Of a DNA stretch of 64,000 nt, positions 1 to 12,300 are shown piece by piece. Position numbers and translations under genes: made by a program. Origin of the DNA: Nitrospirales bacterium (GTDB lineage Bacteria > Nitrospirota > Nitrospiria > Nitrospirales > UBA8639); contig CBDBCZ010000018.1 of assembly GCA_965203295.1 (NCBI GenBank), forward strand, positions 704,001-768,000, read 5' to 3'. The notes beneath the pieces are model-generated. The model ran no database searches. It worked only from the letters and a program-made list of their open reading frames with translations, and had not been told where the DNA came from. How positions within the stretch are numbered: the stretch's first letter is position 1; each line of letters begins with the position of its first letter.

Positions 1-239
1 ATGGATACGAGACAGTGTACAAACCTCTGCCAATGCCAGAGGTGTAGCAATCCAGTTGGTACGAAACCAGGTTCAATCAACTACGCATCATTCATAATGT
101 GTGGCAGCTCACTGTAATCTGCTACAGTGGTGGAGAGCTGCGGCAGGCCAAATTCTATCATGCGTGAGGCGTATCTGAAATAAATACAAGCAGTGTGATG
201 AGCATGAACACTGTGCGTAGCTAGTCACAATCAATCACA

Positions 240-1785
240 ATACCACTTGAATACGATGCAATACCACACAGTACCATATAATACCATATAATACCATGTA
301 ATACCACACAGTACCATGTAATACCACGTAATACTATTTATATACCACACAGTACCATGAAATACCATGTAATTCCATTTAATACCACACAGTACCATGC
401 AATACCATGTAATACCTTGTAATACCATGTCGGTAAGAAGTAGAGGGGAGGGTGCACAACAATGACTAGCTCGCTTGTTCAGACTACTGACTTATAAACT
501 AGTAAAGCTAATTGCAGGTAGGTAGTCCAAAACCGTCATAGATGGCACAGAGACAGTATACACACAACGTTTCGACATTACAAAGTTTATCAGGTGTGCG
601 AGGATGGCATGCAAGCAGGCACAATATACACAATGGATACATAAAAAATATAGGCCAATGAAGGCAAGTGGTTGCTAAGTGCATGTCCAGGTTCATGCTT
701 CCTGGGTGTAGGGATCTCAATTGTTGGATCCAGTAGCTCTCCCGTCTCTTCCTCAAGCTCTCGTCCTGGCTTCTCATAGATTCAATCACAGCAATGCTGA
801 GGTCTTCCACGAAGTGGCCTGCAGCTGCACTGCTAAAGTGGGCAGCTACTGGCTTTTCTGTCCGGCTATGAACAATATCGTTGCGATGGCCATTCAAGCG
901 GATATGGAGGGCGTTCTGTGTCTCTCCCACATACTGTTTATGGCATTTCTTACACTCAATCAGGTAGACCACATTCTTGGTCTTACAAGTGGCCATAGCT
1001 CATACATGGAAGGTCTGTCCAGTAATGATACTCCTTATGGTGGTGCCTGTTTTAATGTGGTTGCAGGTGAGGCAGCGTTTGTTGTCACAGGAACTACTTC
1101 CTCTGGCCTTCTCAAAAAGAGCTGGCTTGAGCTGTGCAATGACCAGAAGGTCACGAAGTACCACGTAATACCACACAGTACCATGCAATACCATGCAATA
1201 CCACACAGTACCATGCAATACCACACACTGCAATGCAATACCACACAGTACCATGTAATACCATACAGTACCGTGGAATACCATGTCACTAGGCCTTGAT
1301 GGATTATTCTTTTTTTCTACTTATTATTCTATTCTTTTATTCTTGAAAATCTTACAGATTATTCTTTTCATTCTATCTATTATTCTTTTTATTGCACCTA
1401 TTATTCTCATAAAAGTAATACAAAAAGTGAACCAAAGAAGAAGCCATCTATAATGACACACCATGAAGAAACTTATGAACCATCATTATACATCAACATG
1501 GAATTATGACAGCAATTGTTTGGTCGCAGGTAGCACAATAATTATTTTCCACAGGAGGAATTCAATCATAATCTGCAAAGGGATGTGACTCACGAATCAT
1601 GTGACCCAAAACTTAGTACCATTATTCTTTTTTGGGCCAAAATGACTACCTATTATTCTCGAATAATTCTTAATTCTTTTCGCACCTATTATTCTCAAAA
1701 TTATACCAGCATACCACACAGTACCACACAGTACCATGAAATACTACACAATACCATGTAATACCACACAGTACCATGCAATACA
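240..1785. repeat. 10/20-bp minisatellite (approx. TAATACCACACAGTACCATG), split into three blocks at ~240-430, ~1157-1287 and ~1710-1785
   Basis: The same AATACCATGT/AATACCACAC/AGTACCATG units recur in all three blocks, separated by unrelated inserts. Confidence 0.9.
431..1157 (-). mobile_element. 5'-truncated Penelope-like retroelement fragment (C-terminal linker plus GIY-YIG endonuclease), inactivated by a stop codon
   Basis: ORFs 1000..1284 and 508..996 share a frame and read LRDLLV..C..RCLTC..TFHV*AMATCKTKNVVYLIECKKCHKQYVGET..LHIRLNGHR..VAAHF..RKRRESYWIQQL. This matches the PLE GIY-YIG motifs VVY/YVGET plus a Cys/His linker. TGA at 1000-1002. Confidence 0.85.
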
Positions 1786-2452
1786 TGCCATCAATACACT
1801 GGATGACGTCATGTAGTAATATTCATTACGTCATGTAGTGATCAGTTACATCCATATCCAGGTGCAGCCTGAAAGATGAAGTCGAATGGCTCACAGCCTA
1901 GCATTCAGCTTACCAGCTGTTGATAGTTTCTTAATATTGCACACTTCGAGGTCCGTAAAATAAATTGGGGGGCCAGGATAGACTCGGCGGATAACTTGAA
2001 GCTAGTTGCAAGTTGGAGGGGGCTTATACAGAGCGATACAAACATGTCGACAATTGCAACAGGAGGCGACGCAGGTCAGTGCTATATAATATAGAGCTGG
2101 CATGTGTTGTTCTTAAAGCCTTTTCACCCGTGCTTGTCGAAAAAGCTTTCTGTACTGCCAACTACCGTGCTATAAATGGCGGCTGGACCCTTCAAACCAT
2201 TTTTTGGCTTATTTATTGCCTTTTCCTATGTAAGCCTAAGCCATGCGTAGGCCAGGGTCAGTCGCCACAGCGGGGTAATTAGTGGCCATGCCAACTGCTA
2301 TTGTACCGTAGATATGTAGCCACGCAGTGGTCATGGTGGTGGAAAAAACTTTTGTGTCCTCGTAAAAACTGTTTCAATAGGAATACAAAAACGTAAACAA
2401 ACAACAACTAACATGAAAACAAGATTGCGACATGGAAAGTACAAAAAACATT

Positions 2453-3354
2453 TTAAACAACATCGCCTATTTCTACTTTAGTTGGTCCTCCGTCGCCTCC
2501 AGCTACAATTAGTTGGCTACAAGGCAACACAGCTACTAGTGTTCGGAATCGAGGTGTAGCCATGTGTCCCATGTCTTGCCAGGAGTCAGAGGTAGGGTCG
2601 TAGACAACAATGGCTGAAGTGGTCTTGCCACGTTCATCCTCCCCACCAATAGCTAGTAGCCGGCCTCCGACACTAACAGCTGTAGACCAGTAGTAAGGAG
2701 CGTCAGCGGTTCGTCGCCATACTGTCAACTGATTGGTTGTTTCTTGCTGTTGATGTAGTAGGTCAGTGATGGAGGAGGTGAGTACTGACAGAGTTCGGAT
2801 GCCATTGTGATTGTAGCCACCCAGCAGGTAGAGTAAGTCTTCACACACTGCAATGGAAGCCCAGATCATAGGGTGTGGGAGGGAAGCGGCTGAGGACCAC
2901 TGCCGTAGCTCAGTGTTCAGTATTTCAACAGTACTCACACTCCCACCATCACCCCACCCCCCGGCGGCTATCACGTTCCTCCCCTTGCACACTGCTGCAA
3001 GGTAGTAGCGTGCCGTGGGCATTCGTGGGAATAGTTCCACCCACTTGCTGTCCTCGTCCTCCCCAGTGAGGCTGGCTAGGGAGTTGGTGGGTTGGAGATA
3101 TTCTTCCCCTCCCACGGTAGTGAGCCTCCCCTCTGCCATCACCAAGGCAGAGTTCATGTTAGGGCAGTCAGGTAACCGCCACCATTGCTGTTGTTGTGAC
3201 TTGTAGCTGTACAGCGCAGTAGAGTCCCTAGGGTTGAAGTAGGCCACGTTGCCGTGGGAGGCAGCAGCTCCTCTGTACATGATTGCTGGTGTAACACTCG
3301 CTTTCCGCAGTCTTATCCCCCTGATAGTGATCCGCTGTTGCCCAGTAGCCTGCC
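2453..3354 (-). CDS. Kelch-repeat beta-propeller terminal exon, copy 1 (intact)
   Basis: Repeated GG...W motifs (LTTVGG, VIAAGG, LYLLGG, LLAIGG, LIVAGG; YDPTSDSW). Phase-1 acceptor ctcacag|GG conserved in all three copies. 902 nt to the stop. Confidence 0.9.
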
Positions 3355-6300
3355 CTGTGAGTAGTAGTGTGCATGCGTGTAATGGCGGAACAGGTAAAGC
3401 TAGCAGCTTCCAGAGTGAGAGATTATTCATCGCTTGTTTAGTCTACACCATTAGCTGAATAATAGCAGCCACGCAGCTCTACAGGAAGTTAGACATGCAC
3501 GATCGCTACAGCTAACCTAGTTGAGACAGCTGTGGTGTTACCGCTAGTGTAACGAAGAGACAGCTATGGTGTGTTACCGCTAAGGTCTCTGTGGTAGCTA
3601 CTGGTTTACTGTAGCGTGTGCAGGGAGTGATTACAGTAGTACAGTCATCCGAGATTCACTCGGTGTGCATAGCTAGCCTGTCTGCTAGCTGTAGACTGTG
3701 TACAGCTGGTACTGTCGTTGTACAGGCCCGGCTGGTTGCTGATCAAGTAGGTAGCTCTGTCATGCACATTCCAGTTGTGTGTTGTGTGCAAGTATTCACA
3801 CGGTGTTTAGCCATGGCTACTAGGTGTGTGTGCTTGCTGTGTGATGACCTTTGAACCCTGTAGCCCTGCATGGCAGTAGTGTGCAGTATCTCCAGTCATA
3901 GAGTTGCAGCTGTACTGATCCTACTGCTGAGTCGCAAGGAATACTTACTAAAAGTATACATGAGTAATAATTATCGTCATGTTATACTACCTCCAATTAT
4001 GCAATTTTTTCTCCCTCCCGTTCATATGCCAGGTCTGTCGGAAACTCTCGAAGGTTGGAGCGGCCATTGGTCGTGATGTCAGAGGCTGCGCAGCGGTTGA
4101 GTGTTGCGCGCGAAGCGCAAAAAAATTTTTGCGACTTATTTTTACGGCGGTAAAGAAGCTGCTCTCGCAGTATCTCACTACATTGAAGGTCGTGCACTAA
4201 CATCACGCAAAAAAAATCTCCATACAGGCCGAGATCAAGCATATAGCCAGCTCATAGTGTCGTGGCCCCGCGGGCCACGCCTCACGCGCACAAATATTGA
4301 AACGTTTACGAAAAAAATTGGCATGAAGAGTGGGGCAGCCTGAGCCACCCCTGTCGCCCCGCTTCCGAAGGCCCTGATTATTATGCATACACCCAATCTT
4401 CGGCCAATAAAAACAGAAATGGTGTGACGAAGGATTGAAGAATGCCATTCTCTCCTGGCACTGAAGACATGCACAAAGGTCAGTGTGTGTACCAAGTATA
4501 GCCTCATACATATTCCAACCTCCCCCCCCCCCCCCCTCTCCACTGCGGTTAGAAAGAAATCGTCCAGTTCTACATGTACTGTACTCAGTATTTCCAGCCA
4601 TAGTTTTGTTTTTTGTCCGGAAACTAAGCATGACAAGTACATGTAACTCCCATACAAGTATGCAGCGTACCCACGCTTCAACTCCAGTCTTTCCCTAGCT
4701 AAAGTTCCTACTGAATTCAGTGTACAAGCATGCCGAAATTTTGCCACTTTTTTCCCCCACATGTACGCACACAGACATCTTTGTGTGATGAAGAGTTGGA
4801 ATAGAAATCCTGTTTCCTAGCTGACGCTGAAGGCTTGCACGGCTTGCACGAAGGTCAGTGTATGCACCAATACCCTTGTTCCCAGCCCCCCACCCCTCCC
4901 CCCACAAATTTTCGGTAGTGATTGATATCACTGTCCACAGCTGCTATAAATTATGGCCGAAAAACTGTGGCGACCATGGCTGCTACTGTTCCACTGTCGC
5001 TGCATTGTCAGCAGCTGGAAACTTCATGGTAAGGCCAGGCATTGTGTTCACACATTTTACATTGTAGGTATCACACATGTATACTGTATAACTGTTAAGG
5101 TTAGGCCCAACCGGAAGTTTCCTACATTTGCACACGCCACTTGCTACCTATGGCAACCTTAGATAATGTAATACTTCATGTATTATGATAAGTAATACTT
5201 TCATGTACTAAGTTAAAGTGTTAGGGAGTTGCCTGAAAAATCTGTCACGGTAAATCCCAGGACTCGCGAGCTACCTGTAGGTCTGATTCGTGGGTATGCT
5301 AAACTTCTAAGGGGTCTACATGTCCAGATATCGAGAATGAAGACTTATCGCCTTTTTCCAGAGCGTACAGAGCCGACTTTAAAAATCCGCAATTGCCGCC
5401 ATTATACTCTCTAACAGAAGGCGATAAGTCTTCATTCTCAATGTCTGGACATGTAACCTATAGACCTACAGATACAGCCGTGGCTTAAGCTACATCTGTC
5501 TCTTGGCTTCGGAGGGATTTACTGCAAATGCGTTTCGAGCTGATAAGTGAATATAGCGCCTGTACAGTAGAAAAACAGCACGCTTCTACAAAATTTTTGT
5601 TACTGGACTTTCTCCAGTTTTATACACCTAGCCACATAGTTTTGTGGCCTTGCCGTGTTGTCGAGCTACGAACGTCAAAACCGTACACGGTCATAAAATT
5701 TTAATATTTCTCTACTTCCTGTTGGGCCTAACCTTAAGGAGTTTTTCACAGGGAAGAACACTTTGCTGTATATACAGAGTTAACATAATTCTGAAAATGT
5801 GTGGGAGCCTCACTCTTGCATCCGTTTTCCCCTTACCAGAAAAGCCTATAGCTTTCGTTTGTTTGGAGACATTCAACACAGTGGCACTTTGCATTGGTCC
5901 TTCCAATTGTTGAGCAAGTATGCAAAGATTGAGTAAAAGATTGTTTCTCTCGAAACCGTTATTCCAGGCTCTTGCTAATGGTGTAGCAGATGTCTCTGGC
6001 TCGAAACACTCCATTATTCCCCGAATAAGGATGGGCGTACAACCCTCACTAACAGAGAGACATACATCGTCAATTACAAAGCCTTGTGGTGGTCACACAC
6101 GCAATAAATTTTGCTGTGTTTGTTTTGCCCTAGCCTATGTTCATTTGAAGAGTACAAAACCACACACAAAGCTCTTGGTGAGGAGGTGAAGGTCTATAGA
6201 ATTCCTTGGCAACTGGGGCACAAAAGTCGTACATTCATGTACATGTAAGACCTCAGCCAACACAAAATCCCATATACCATATAGCCGGAAAATTTGGCGA

Positions 6301-9300
6301 GGACTTTAATTTTGCAGTTTGGCGAATCCCAAAAAATTGCCACATTAAATTCTCACGCATTATGTAATATGTAACACCCACGTGCGCATTTAGCTATAAG
6401 AAAGAAGTTGTTCCCACTCCATGTACGTGTCTGCTCCCTGTCCGGGAAGGATATCGAACTCGCAAATAAAGCTGTAAAGCGCTCTCTATCTGGAGACTTG
6501 AAGCCTGTCACACCGTCACCTTGAGGCAAGTATAACACTCATACGCAAGAAAGGGCACAAATTGGAAAGTATGCCGCTGACAACAGAGCGACAAAGGCCG
6601 CTACGCACTTCTCGAAGCTTCTGGATAGTAAGATTGGCGAATCCAACATCTTCATTGTCGAGCTCAGTGACAAAAAACTTCAGCGCGTTGCGCGTTGTGC
6701 ATTGTGCGCCTAGGATTACGTAATACGCCAATATAAATTGCCAAAATTAATTGAAGATTACGTCATAGCCTTCGCCGTACATAATAGCCAAATTTAAATT
6801 TCGCCAATATTTAATTTCAGCTGTTTTGGGCGATTTCGCCACACTTAATTCTCCCAATTTTTCCGGCTATACGGTAATATCATAATCAGATATATCACCT
6901 ACATGCACATGTTCTTGTGTAGGCGAAGTCCATGTGATACCACAACCAAAATTATGCTTTTCTCCATGCAGACACACATACGCACACACAACTCTGTACA
7001 ACAAAGATAAGATGCTGAAGATATGCATACACAAAGGTCAGTGTGCGTATATCCTAGCCTTATTCCCTGGCTCCAGTGCCCAGCACTTTTAGCATGTGGA
7101 GAAACACGGGCAGAGAGCCTGGTACATGTACATGTGTACATGTATGTTACACGATGTTGTGTACATGGTGTAGGGTGGTTATGCTAAATAAATTTCTGTG
7201 TAAGGTAAGAAGTAGACACTGTAGTCTGCCCTTCCCATGAGAATGTTACAATGGCTATATTAGCTGGAATGTTTAAGATTACCAAGACTACTACTTGTAC
7301 AATAAGTTGTGATGTCATGTTGTCAGTTTGTAAGCAAAAGTTGTACATCATGTAAACTCATATAATGCTCTAGCTTTATCAATACAGAACCTCCAGCCCC
7401 ACAATGATACAGCATTTCCTAAATGGTAGCGAGGAGTTCATTTGCCAAACCCAACTCACTTTGTTTTAAGTAATTCCTCTCTCTCTCTCTCTCTCTCTCT
7501 CAACTTTGCTTTGTACATGGATTTATACTTTGTTGGTTGTATGGGGACTTTCTTACATTTTAAAAGGATACACTATTGTGTGTGTTGTCATAGTAACTGC
7601 TTGTAATGGCAGGCTGAAGTAGCCTTCCACATGTGCATGCATGTAGTGCTACATTACAATAGCGATGTTGGCCAAATAGCTGTCTGCAGTTGCACTCTTA
7701 AGCTTCCACCATTTTACAACTCTTCCTTGTATTACATTGCCGCTACTAGAATGGTTACTGCTTTCAGTGCACTCACATGATTGGAATACTAGTAAATTTT
7801 CTACGGCCAGTCTATATAATAATGAGGGCACACCTCACAGATTAGCCTGTTAAGATTATGCCCAGACTTTGGCTACACTCTCTCATGAAAAAACATGTAG
7901 CCAAGCAAGCCAATTGTATGTCTTCACTTTCACTCAAACTTATGCTTGTTCCCTTTTCTTCTGTAGTTATCAACCTTCCAGACAACAATTCATAGTACAA
8001 AGATAGCACGCATCACAGACTAGCCAGTGATGATGAGTTAGAAGCAAACAAATCAGTCATACTATGTGGACTGAGCCCAGCACTCCCAACCCATTTATGA
8101 AAACTGACAGCCAACACATGACAAACATTGAATCAGCAGCAATGTTCTCTGGAAGACTACATTTCTTTGTCCGTTATAGTAACTTATGTCAACAAGAAGA
8201 ACCCATACATGTTGGTCATCCACGAGCATACTCACTGCTATATATATCAACCAGGAGTGAGGCCAGCCTATTCCCTGCTGCCATCTTGTTTTCCCCTCAA
8301 GCATTCCCATGAGATGATGAACATGGATCTGTGTGTACTGCTAAGATTCAGACTAACAAATGGTGCCACAGACAGTTGTGCCAGTAGCAAAGAATAGCAG
8401 GACTCTGTTAGTTCATGTAGATATCGGTTAGTCATGCATAAACTCATTATGAATGGCATAAGGCCAGACCAAGTTGACCTTCTGTTTCACGGATCCGGCA
8501 GAGAATCCTAAAGAAAAAACTAATTGCGTGGCCGGCTACAGTGTTCTCACGTAATATTTATTATGATGTCATAGCACGTGGTGGCCCGAACAAGGTAGCT
8601 ATAGCATAGCTATATTATCTTTGGCTATAGCTATGGCACCCTCTAATTCTGCCTGGCTTTCTGTAATTTTGAAGTGGGTTTGTCGATTGTTGTTCCACGA
8701 AAAATGGTGAGTTTCTTTTGAAGACGTGATACTTGCAAACTATTAAAGCTCGAGTATGCTGTAGCACAGCTGCTGTGTTTCATCTGTAAGTGAGCGGGTA
8801 AGTCCCACTTTGTCAGAATGCCAACCAACGTTTAGCAAATGACGTCGATTCAACTAGTGTCTGTTTTTGCTGTTTTTGTAGTACCTCAAATGATGCCTTT
8901 GGATAGTGCCATTTCGGATGACAGTGTATTGTGGGTCAGAGGTCATAATAGGTCAACAGTTGGCTTTAATTTTTTTTAACCTGCCTACCGGTTCATTAGT
9001 GTAAGGAAAAGAGTCCGTGAAACCGAAGATTAATTTGGTTAGGCCTACTATTCCCCCCCCCCCCCCCCCACACCTACACATATACGACACGTGTAAAGCT
9101 GTGAAGAGCCTTGCATGGACAGAAATCTGGTGTGCCTGAGTAGCGTTAGGTCAAATAAAATACTTACTACCTTTCGTAGCCATTAATACCCACTGTCCCC
9201 TTCTCTGCCATACTGTACCTCTGTTTGTCAGAATCTCAAGAATGTCATGAAACCGTGGCCGAGCCTACAGCAAACAAACATACATAATGCCAGTAAATAA

Positions 9301-12300
9301 TCATACACACACGAATACACACACACACACTCCCAACCCCCAAAAATATACAAAAACATCATAACAACACAAAATGTTTCAAAGTTCCTGCATCAATGGC
9401 AGAGCATGTCAGGTATTTATGCTTCAACTCTGATACTAAACTTTTGCCACAGTAACTGGTTATGCCATGCTAGCAGTTATCTGCCGGGGTTCAGGTTGTG
9501 ATGTGAGCCATTCATTTCCTTTGCTCCACTCATTGAACAAACAAGGATTATGCAGGTATGGAGGTAGCTATTACAGACACTCCTGACTAGTGCAGGAGAG
9601 TCATTTTGAGAGACCCCCTTCACCAATGCCAGAATCTGTGCTGTATGTATCCAGAATGAAAGAGAACATGCAGTGCCAGTGATTGTCCACGGTGTTAAAA
9701 AAAACTGCTAAGCCATGGAGCTAGAGAATGAGGCTGTCTAAATGTTGCACTTCTAAGACTGGTTTTACCACAGACATGCAGGTGGCTATAGTTAGCATAA
9801 TATTATTATTATGTTCATGCACACACTTTACAACACACTATACTCAGAGGTATTAATAATGATGTACGTTTGTGTACACCCTAGTGAAATGATGAAGTGA
9901 ACACATTCACAGCTTTACACATACATCTTTAAATTCAGATAAACAAATTTTTTCTTCTCAGCAAATCTCATGACCAACCTTGGGATCAGTTTTCCAGCAT
10001 TGCTCCAAGGTGCTGGCCAAGAAGGATTCCATGGCGGCAGAAATTGGAGGAACCTGCATGAGGACAGAGAGGGATCTAGAGCATGCAGTGTGTTCATGTT
10101 CATGTAGAACATGGGGGGCGGCTAAGCTCTAATTCAACCAAGAACATAAACTGTGGCTGCTATTGCTCCGAGTATTTACTGTGCTGTACAGTATGTCTTG
10201 TTACACTAAACTGTTCATTATGCAGATGTATAGCATTCTCATGCTCCTCTCCACTCATGAGCTTGTTAATCACCATATCAGTTTCAGCATCAGTAAATGG
10301 CAGTTATCTAACTACACTTGAGGCAGAGCCAAGTGGTTCAAACACGGATACTATTACCCTACGCTCTTTATTATTAGCTACACTGTCAAATGTTCCTGTT
10401 TCCTGAGTTTTCTGTGTGTGATAAATGAGATTGCATAGTTTCTATGTTGTACATGTTATAACTTACAACATATTTACACTAAGCGGTTTCTGTATGCAGA
10501 TAGTATACAGCACCATTCTCACCTCTCCACTCATTATCTTGCTACCAATGAGCACATCGGTTTTAGCATCAGCAAATGGCAGTTCACCAGTTAAGATCTC
10601 ATAGAGGAGCATTCCATAGGAGAACACATCAGAAGACAGCGACACAGGCTCTCCCTTCATCACCTGAACAGCGAGAACTTGTCACTGTATACACATGACA
10701 TACGAGTCAACCTACTTACATGAACAGGTGGGTTATGTTTTGTGGGAGTTAGTGGCAGTGGAACTTTGATTCATCAAAATGTTTAATCAGGCTTCTGTAA
10801 CACACTTAGCTATATACATGTTTGGTTTCTGTATAAAGTTGAGTAATACAATAAAGCTTTGTTGACATGTTAATTAATTAAGTTCACAATTGTTATATTA
10901 TAATATAAGAAGCGAGGAATTTGAAGCTAACACACACCTCAGGGGCCATCCATCTGTATGTTCCAGTCTGAGTTTGCTTGGTAGTGTGCTTAAAATATTT
11001 AGAAGCACCAAAATCACATATCTAAGCATGAAGAGAAGAAACAATCACCTTTACAATGCGCAATATACTGTATACAGGTACCAAAAAAAATATATTGCAG
11101 CTTTATTACAATGTCATGCATATGTATAGATGCTACCCTGGAGGGCACTCCGAAGGCCATAACTTTTCCCAAGGGAAATAAAAGGTCATGATTGCTAGGG
11201 TAATAGCTGGCTTGTACCACGCCTATGAAAACTGGTGAATGTCCAGGCAAGTCCGCAACAATGCTCACAGCTAATATTCTTTGATCTGTCTGCAGAAAAT
11301 ATGAGCCATTATTGCATCCAAATATTATGTAAGCTCATTGGCCAGTTTGAGCTTGGTATGATGCAAGCATCATTACTACAGCCGTATGGCAGTAGAAATG
11401 TCGATTAAATGATACATGTGAACACAGAGTATTAATATGTTAGTGTACTTAATGCCAAAGGGAATCGAATACTATGTTGGCGTTACTTGGAGCTAGTCAA
11501 TCAGTGATATGACACTATAGCTAAACTGCTGTCAATGCAGGTTTTTTTTTACCACACCATGTAGTCTATCACTTTAGCAGTGACCAGCACTCTTAACATC
11601 ACCAACCTTAATGTTGCCTTCGCCAGTGAGTAACACTGTCAATAAGGAAAGAATTGCTTATTTCAATGATACAAATAGTTTCATTATGCTATAGTTGGCC
11701 CTTTTCATTAAAGCCTGTGAATCAAATTGGATCCCCAATAGCCCATATAGAATATCTTTGTCATGACAGTCATACACCACGGGGATTAATTTGAAAGTCT
11801 CAATGCCCCACTTCATTAGGTAGATTACCATTGCTTGATTTCAGGTCTCTGTGCATCGTTTTCTCTTGGTGCAAGTACTTCATCCCTGGAAATGACAACA
11901 TGAATGTAGTGGCATTTACTTCACTGAATCTAATCCCGCTCAGACAGTAAGCATTGCAACCAAGCCTCGTCTTTATCTCAATGTGTAGGCTTGAAACAAG
12001 GAGTACATATAATGGATATCATTTTACCATGGTTTGTAAAAGAAATACTAGTATATTGTAGATATAATACTACCTTCGGCAATCTGTATTGCCCATCTCA
12101 AGCGCTCTTCTTGACTGGGCTGGTATTTCGCCTTGTGCAGAAGATCAAACAATGACCCTCTCTCAGCCAAATCTGCAGTATTCAAGATATACAATTGTGT
12201 ATGTAAGCTAGCAAACTTTCTTAGGATATACTTTAGTGCACATTTTATTATAATTACAATTATACCCGTGATAATGTAGTGTTCAGGAGGCCCTGGGCTG

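Noticed and set aside
231..1289. ORFs with repeating WYCMVL/TMQYH peptides, and ORF 721..1299
   Set aside because: These are translations of the minisatellite or antisense to the GIY-YIG fragment.
3355..3430. MNNLSLWKLL.. N-terminus of ORF 2453..3430 as the true Kelch start
   Set aside because: In copies 2 and 3 this ATG is out of frame because of a 2-nt difference in a TG run, while the ctcacag acceptor is conserved. The segment is more likely intron.
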